IMG/VR virus record: IMGVR_UViG_3300025122_005608
Span: 4,804-68,803 of that record
Strand: one strand, 5' to 3'
DNA: 64,000 nt
Origin: a virus
Shown: positions 58,412 through 64,000 of the stretch, piece by piece
Position numbering within the stretch: position 1 is the first letter of the stretch
How the letters are laid out: each line of letters starts with the position of its first letter
Notes under the pieces: generated by a model
Told to the model about the DNA's origin: nothing
Databases searched by the model: none
Seen by the model: the letters and a program-made list of their open reading frames with translations, nothing else
Position numbers and translations under genes: made by a program

Positions 58412-59608
58412 ATGGCATTTTTCAATAAAAAAGAAGATGTGTTGGACATCGAACTTACTCAATTTGGCAAATATCGTCTTTCGCAAGGAGACCTCAATCC
58501 GGTTTATTATGCCTTTTTTGACGACGATATTATATACGATGCGGAATACGGAGGGGTGACGTGGGAGAGTGGTAGCAAACAAAATTCTATCGAGCCAAGG
58601 ATAAAAGAAGTGCCGAGAAACCGAACCCAGCACGTGTACACCGGCATAGAAACCCAAGTGGCGCGCAACAACCGCCTAATTCGAACTGGCGAAATTGTTA
58701 GCGACGGGCAGACTGTTTTTGTTGGAAAAAAAGATCCAGGTTTAAAAATATTCGAACCTGTAAGTGATATTAATTTTTCGTCTTATGCGCCTTTGGGCAC
58801 TTCTGCGCTGACTAGTGACAAATTCCCCGCATGGAGTATTACGTTATATAGTGGCGAGCTAGACGGAACTGCCATTCAGTTGACCAGTTCTGCTACCGCA
58901 TTAGGGATGAAAATACCACAACTGGAGGCGACATTGGAATACAAGACTTTAATCTCTTCTCCCGATATAGATTCTGCGCTGCTTGGGTCCTCGGCAGGAG
59001 CCGGTTGCGGCGATGGAATTCAAACAACAGCGGCTAATATGAATGTGAACAGCGACCTAAACGATTTAATGGAAGAGTTATTCCAACAAGATTATCAACA
59101 TGTGGGTGATACATCTGAAGTTTATGATGAATTTGAAGATGACTCATATATTTCAGTACGCGGCGAGAGCTTGCTATTGAAGGTAGAAGAAATTAACGCT
59201 CCTTATACGAATGATAATTTTGATATAGAAGTTTTTGAGTTGACTAGTTCTACAGATATAGCAGGGAATGTTTATGGCTCATGGGCACCCCTGTATTTCA
59301 AAACAAGAGACGAGTTTGGGACCTACACAGATCAAGCCTCTGATGATTGGACATGGCAGCAAGTGGCAGATTTAAATAGCAGTATGGTTCATTATTTTTT
59401 AGAGCTTAATACTGACCGGCAAATTCCGGAAGAGATTTTATGTCCTGTTCTGGCATTTGCCGAGGAAAAAGAGACAGACTTGTACGATGCTCAAATTATA
59501 TGCCCAGATTTGGATGTTATAAGAAGAAGCCAGAGGCTTGGGACGACTGCATTACAGGAGTCATATGAGGGCACTGTAAAAGAAGAAGACGTGGAGGGAT
59601 GTGATTAA
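58412..59608 (+). CDS. Putative baseplate/tail structural protein
   Basis: N-terminal LDIELTQFGKYRL...YAFFDDDIIYD recalls tail-fibre attachment N-termini; module context. Confidence 0.65.
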   Translation: MAFFNKKEDVLDIELTQFGKYRLSQGDLNPVYYAFFDDDIIYDAEYGGVTWESGSKQNSIEPRIKEVPRNRTQHVYTGIETQVARNNRLIRTGEIVSDGQTVFVGKKDPGLKIFEPVSDINFSSYAPLGTSALTSDKFPAWSITLYSGELDGTAIQLTSSATALGMKIPQLEATLEYKTLISSPDIDSALLGSSAGAGCGDGIQTTAANMNVNSDLNDLMEELFQQDYQHVGDTSEVYDEFEDDSYISVRGESLLLKVEEINAPYTNDNFDIEVFELTSSTDIAGNVYGSWAPLYFKTRDEFGTYTDQASDDWTWQQVADLNSSMVHYFLELNTDRQIPEEILCPVLAFAEEKETDLYDAQIICPDLDVIRRSQRLGTTALQESYEGTVKEEDVEGCD

Positions 59609-62600
59609 TGGCTTTTTCATTTGTTAGTAATCAAAGTGCGATAGGAACTCTAACTCCAAATGTGTATGTAAATAATATTACTCTGGAAAGCACAGGCAAG
59701 ACTAACTTAAATGATAAAAATACTAGTGTTGTGAGTATCCATACGGCATATACTGAACAGCTTAAAGAGATAACCGATCCTATGGATATACAAGGAAAAA
59801 CATCCAACTTAAAGATACAGAGTGCGGCAGCAGCCGAGGATTTATACACTAATCCCGCGTCTGTAGCTTACCCCGATTCTAAATTAAAAGTAAAAATAGA
59901 TATGGTTTTGAAGGAAGGTATGGGAGGGCTGGCAGAATTTTGGTCTAATAAACCAGATATGCACGAGTACGTGAAGATAGGAATGGCATTTTCTACTAAT
60001 TCGCTGGCAACCAAAATACTGGCTGTAGGGTCGAATGTATTGAGGGCCACAAGGTCAACAGCAGGCGACTGGAACGCGATAGCCCTTTCAATTAATAGTT
60101 TGGTAAAGCTTAATATATTAACGGATTCGGAGAAGAAAACTTTAATGGACTTAGGGGCCAGCGCACTGTCATTTAAGGCACCGTTTGAGTTGCAGGTAAA
60201 AATGGATGGGTCTTTAGGTGATAATATCCTGGCGACATGGAAGGCAAATATTCAAGAGTTTTTATTAAATCAGATGGTTGGCACCTCTATGAAATCCTTG
60301 GGCGAAGTAATGAATTCAAACATGGCGGTTTATGAGGCGAGTAACACTCCTTATTTCGAAACTGATGTTAACGGAGATACTTTAAAAAATTATAAATTTT
60401 CATATGAATATATTCACGATGTTAATAACCCAAAACATTTATCGTTCTGTGTGTTAAGTTATTTAGATTTGGAACAGATGACGAACGATTTTAATATAGA
60501 TTTTAATATAGCGACTACTCCTCACGGCAAATTAATATACGAGCAAATAATTGACAATTTTAAAGTCAATACTAAATCGTTTTTATATGTTAACCCGGTA
60601 GATAATCTTATTTGGGCAGGCCCAGTACATAATGTTACATCGGGTGATGGTACCGAACAAGATGAAGGAATGCAACATTGGAAGACTGGCTTCACAGAGA
60701 CGCCGGATTCTTTTACAGTTGTGAGGAAAGTGGTTGCCAACACTAAGATACAAGATTTCCGCGTTGTGGAAAGACTGGAAAAATTAAACTTTGATCTCTC
60801 TTTTTTAGAAACTCAGGTTTTCAATAAAGGTTTGAGTACTAAGCACCTGACTAACGACAAAATGGATATTGTCAAACAACCGGCCTATTTTACACCCCTT
60901 TATACGTCTAGAGATCGGAGCGGAAATTGTAGATTTATGTTTGGCGTGGATTATTATACACTACTACTTGAAAATACATTATTTGGCAAAATGTGGCAAC
61001 CTTTTGACCCGTCCGCTTTTGGTAATTTGAAGAGTAATGTAAGACTCATTAATTTAAAAATAAAGAGAAGAAGAGTCAACAACATACCCGGAGCTAGTAG
61101 GTTGGGAGGCTTTAATATTTTAATAGAACCCTTCAAAACGGGCTATATAGGGGAATCTCATATAAGTACCGAGGAAATAGTGAACACAATTGCCGAGGGC
61201 AAGGATGAAACACAGGGTATTTCTTTTACTAGTACTAGCAATTTGCGAGAAAATGAAATAGCATTCCCTGACACCGGGTTTACCAATTTATCACATGGGG
61301 TTAGATTTTTTAGTGCTATCGACCGTGAAATGCCATCAATAACAGATGGATTTTATCAATATGGGGTAGAGTTAGAAGTTATAGATAATACTGTCAATTA
61401 TGTTTTAGATCGTATAGGACTTTTATACAGCTATTACAGTATGTTATGTATCTATTATGAAGATGCTATTACTCCTGAAGCTTACGATCATAAACACAAC
61501 CGTTTCCGACCAGCATTCACCGCGAAGTGGGCTGGAACAAATTTCAATGTGGAAGTTATAACTAATTTGCTGGATGTTATAAATCGTTTCCGACCGTCTG
61601 GCGCAGTCGCCGGCGCAGGCGGAGCGAGCACGGTACTTTCGGCTGGCGATGCTTTAGCTGCGATTAGCAGTCCAGCTAACGGCACCCCACGAGGGATCAA
61701 CACTTTAAGAAAATTAGTGCTAGACACATGTTCTAAGCTGGCTAAGATGGCCGGTACTTCTTTAAAACAGTTTGATGACACTCCCCATACCGACGACCAG
61801 AATTTTGATGCTGTGAAAACACCAAAGCAGGCAGCGTATAAAACCACAACGTCTAACAAAAGAAGAATAAAAATAGACTACTGGTTTCCAAATTCATTTG
61901 ATAGCGATATACCTAAAAATGTTGGTTACGATTATCTTTCTCTAGGCCAGGAAGGCGCCCCTTTTAGCGAGGCAAACCAAGCAAGTGGCCTTTGGACGCT
62001 GGGAGGGGTTCAATATAAAAATCGCGTTGCCGCTGAAATCTTAAAATATTTTGACACAACTATTTTTAATAATGATGATTTTGTTATGGAGTTACAGAAT
62101 GGTGACGACCAAATTACACCGGGAGACACACCGGATACTACAGGCTATACGTTCTTTACCCCCTCTCACATAAATCTGGGGCCATCAACAGCGGCAGACA
62201 CCCGTCAAATCCCCTTCATTCCACTGGGGGGCGATGCCTTTGGGCTTGCCATCGCCGCCGCAGGATCGTTGGCTATGCCCCCTACACCGAATTTAGATAC
62301 AGCTGCAGATCTTAATATAGACAAATCTTCGTGGTCTATGTTGGATGGAGGAGTGTTTCTTAATGATACCAAAACGCTCTCTTATATTGCTACAAAGATA
62401 ATGAACTATAATTTGGGTGGCCGTCTGCCTCCCACCAACACAACCACCAATCAGGAGACTGGGAGAGTAAACAAAAAAACAAGCGCTAAAATTAAATTTA
62501 ATTTAAATGAAATATTGGCACATCAAAATTGTACCGCTGTTGTACAAAAACTAGAACCTCCCGTCACGACGATCATCACCGATGGATATCTGGACCCCGC

Positions 62601-63393
62601 TTATGACACAGTAGATTCTTATGAAAGTAACCTCACTCCGGCAGATGAGCAATTTAATGTCCTTGAAGCAGAAGTGGGGACCACTTCGCAAAATTATTTG
62701 TTTTTAGCTTTAGCATATTATTTTTCTCGTGGCTGCTCGGGCGGCGCAGGGGACCTGACACAAAAAGATTTTAATATTAACTTTTTTAATTTGAACGGAG
62801 AAGTTGGTACAATAATCCCAGCTTTAATGCCACAAATTGATCCGGTCCAGGGAATGAAGAGTTTGATTCCAATATTTATGACTCTCCCGAACGCGATTAA
62901 GTCATTACTGCTTTTCAACCGAGGGCACAATCGTTATGATTGGAATGATGCTACTCAAAATTTAACCTCCAATGCTAATTATAAAGGATCGTTTGCTTTA
63001 AATTATCAAAATATAAAAAAGGTAGAAGTTTTTGTCGGGTTTGAGAAGAATGATGTAGGACAACTTCTTATAAACAAAGGAAAGTGGGTGCCCTTGGACA
63101 AAAATATGTTTGAACAAAATTTTAATCAAAAGTTGCTATGTCGGTTGGCAACATACAAAAACGAAGCATTTGGGGTAAAATTGCCTAGTTGTTTGGAATT
63201 ACCAGTTTTTCACGAATATTTTGTTTTGAATCCTTCGAACGCTCCAGCCACAATTGTGGTTCCTCAAGCGGTTCAAAACCCGCCGCCAATCGTGCCCATT
63301 AATTTATTATCGAGTGGATGGCAGGGGATCACCGGCGCCACAACTAGCATGAATGATTTTATGAGTACTGGGGTGGGAATACAACTAGCATGA
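59608..63393 (+). CDS. Large putative virion protein; C-terminus altered by a 41-bp duplication
   Basis: 1261-aa ORF in the structural module; stop falls inside the second repeat copy. Confidence 0.75.
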   Translation: MAFSFVSNQSAIGTLTPNVYVNNITLESTGKTNLNDKNTSVVSIHTAYTEQLKEITDPMDIQGKTSNLKIQSAAAAEDLYTNPASVAYPDSKLKVKIDMVLKEGMGGLAEFWSNKPDMHEYVKIGMAFSTNSLATKILAVGSNVLRATRSTAGDWNAIALSINSLVKLNILTDSEKKTLMDLGASALSFKAPFELQVKMDGSLGDNILATWKANIQEFLLNQMVGTSMKSLGEVMNSNMAVYEASNTPYFETDVNGDTLKNYKFSYEYIHDVNNPKHLSFCVLSYLDLEQMTNDFNIDFNIATTPHGKLIYEQIIDNFKVNTKSFLYVNPVDNLIWAGPVHNVTSGDGTEQDEGMQHWKTGFTETPDSFTVVRKVVANTKIQDFRVVERLEKLNFDLSFLETQVFNKGLSTKHLTNDKMDIVKQPAYFTPLYTSRDRSGNCRFMFGVDYYTLLLENTLFGKMWQPFDPSAFGNLKSNVRLINLKIKRRRVNNIPGASRLGGFNILIEPFKTGYIGESHISTEEIVNTIAEGKDETQGISFTSTSNLRENEIAFPDTGFTNLSHGVRFFSAIDREMPSITDGFYQYGVELEVIDNTVNYVLDRIGLLYSYYSMLCIYYEDAITPEAYDHKHNRFRPAFTAKWAGTNFNVEVITNLLDVINRFRPSGAVAGAGGASTVLSAGDALAAISSPANGTPRGINTLRKLVLDTCSKLAKMAGTSLKQFDDTPHTDDQNFDAVKTPKQAAYKTTTSNKRRIKIDYWFPNSFDSDIPKNVGYDYLSLGQEGAPFSEANQASGLWTLGGVQYKNRVAAEILKYFDTTIFNNDDFVMELQNGDDQITPGDTPDTTGYTFFTPSHINLGPSTAADTRQIPFIPLGGDAFGLAIAAAGSLAMPPTPNLDTAADLNIDKSSWSMLDGGVFLNDTKTLSYIATKIMNYNLGGRLPPTNTTTNQETGRVNKKTSAKIKFNLNEILAHQNCTAVVQKLEPPVTTIITDGYLDPAYDTVDSYESNLTPADEQFNVLEAEVGTTSQNYLFLALAYYFSRGCSGGAGDLTQKDFNINFFNLNGEVGTIIPALMPQIDPVQGMKSLIPIFMTLPNAIKSLLLFNRGHNRYDWNDATQNLTSNANYKGSFALNYQNIKKVEVFVGFEKNDVGQLLINKGKWVPLDKNMFEQNFNQKLLCRLATYKNEAFGVKLPSCLELPVFHEYFVLNPSNAPATIVVPQAVQNPPPIVPINLLSSGWQGITGATTSMNDFMSTGVGIQLA

Positions 63394-63421
63394 ATGATTT
63401 TATGAGTACTGGGGTGGGAAT
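63340..63421 (+). repeat. Perfect 41-bp tandem duplication
   Basis: ACAACTAGCATGAATGATTTTATGAGTACTGGGGTGGGAAT at 63340-63380 and 63381-63421. Confidence 0.97.
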
Positions 63422-63566
63422 AACTGATGTTGTAGCTAAATCTAAATTTGGAGCTATTAGTGCGCCGGGCGCCGGCGCAGGCGGCGTAGCAGCTGCTGCT
63501 ATAACCACCGGCGCAACGACAGGGACAGCCGCCACCGCCGCACCCGTTGGCCCCGGGGTGACTTAG
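63390..63566 (+). CDS. 58-aa Ala/Gly/Thr-rich ORF, the detached C-terminal tail of the 59608 gene
   Basis: ATGA overlap with the upstream stop; MNDFMSTGVGITDVVAKSKFGAISAPGAGAGGVAAAAITTGATTGTAATAAPVGPGVT. Confidence 0.5.
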   Translation: MNDFMSTGVGITDVVAKSKFGAISAPGAGAGGVAAAAITTGATTGTAATAAPVGPGVT

Positions 63567-63620
63567 GCGATGGCAGTTATATTGAATTAATGATTTGTTG
63601 GAAAGGAATGGTTTAACGAT

Positions 63621-64000
63621 ATGGCACTAGGAATGGGAAATGATGGCAACGGGGGGAACGGCTCGGGAGACGTGCAGGTTGGCATGCCAACTTTAGGTGC
63701 CGGCTGGACCGGTGTGAATATTGGTACTTCCGAACTAGGCCCCGTTGGGCAGGGTAAATTAATAATTGTTGATGACGTGTATTCTCAAAATGGGACTGCT
63801 TTGGAAAGGTCAACTGGTCATTATGTCCTGGGCCAAGGAGGAGCCCAGGACATTTTTAGAGATTTTATCGGCAAAATTTGGACAAAAACTCTGGACGCTT
63901 CCGGAGATCCTCAAAAATTAACCTTTCTTAATCCTAAAATGGGTGCAGATAGTGGCGACGTTTCCACGAATATGCCATGTGATATATATGTGGATGCCGC
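63621..64000 (+). CDS. 5' part of a putative structural protein, running off the window
   Basis: ATG 63621 (MALGMGNDGNGGNGSGDV...) open to the window end; AAAGGA upstream. Confidence 0.75.
   Translation, partial: MALGMGNDGNGGNGSGDVQVGMPTLGAGWTGVNIGTSELGPVGQGKLIIVDDVYSQNGTALERSTGHYVLGQGGAQDIFRDFIGKIWTKTLDASGDPQKLTFLNPKMGADSGDVSTNMPCDIYVDA

Larger units (their letters stand above)
1..64000. mobile_element. Segment of a large (jumbo-like) contractile-tailed bacteriophage genome
   Basis: gp25, gp6-like and gp5-like baseplate genes, gp55-like sigma factor, PhoH, tRNA, Cas4-like nuclease and giant virion proteins; almost no intergenic space; no core cellular genes. Confidence 0.9.

Noticed and set aside
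163-63813. Many short minus-strand and nested ORFs in the ORF track (e.g. 163-585, 40958-41533, 51656-52249, 63613-63813)
   Set aside because: They overlap well-supported + strand genes, show no motifs and look like antisense or alternate-frame shadows
1-64000. Stop-codon reassignment as in some jumbo phages
   Set aside because: Coding density is near complete under code 11, and TAA, TAG and TGA all end genes at sensible family boundaries

Overview
The window is most consistent with a gene-dense, AT-rich segment of a large contractile-tailed (jumbo myovirus-like) phage read with the standard code; all but one real gene lie on the + strand. It has three blocks. (1) 1-5.2 kb: putative host-interaction genes, namely three predicted lipoproteins (one a trypsin-like protease), PIN-PhoH, tRNA-Leu(UAA), a zincin and a Cas4-like nuclease, with three clear sigma70 promoters. 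(2) 5.2-28.7 kb: a tightly coupled ~23.5 kb glycan-biosynthesis island with about eight glycosyltransferase-like genes, FkbM, two B12-radical SAM enzymes, a split TPP enzyme interrupted by an insert, MtnA, LhgO-like, RmlC, ColD-like, heptose kinase/adenylyltransferase, HAD phosphatase, cupin, Ugd and two epimerases. (3) 29.5-64 kb: a gp55-like sigma factor followed by baseplate/tail genes (gp5-like lysin hub, spike, gp25, gp6-like, and 976-3492 aa virion proteins). The best candidate for a new system is phage-encoded virion glycosylation: the island sits beside virion proteins enriched in a directional [S/T]-[G/A]-S tripeptide that could be a sequon. Also seen are a CTAnTTA putative late promoter, a 7-bladed FG-GAP propeller inserted into a virion protein, and a 41-bp tandem duplication that frameshifts a tail gene. 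All family calls come from motif recognition by eye; no searches were run.
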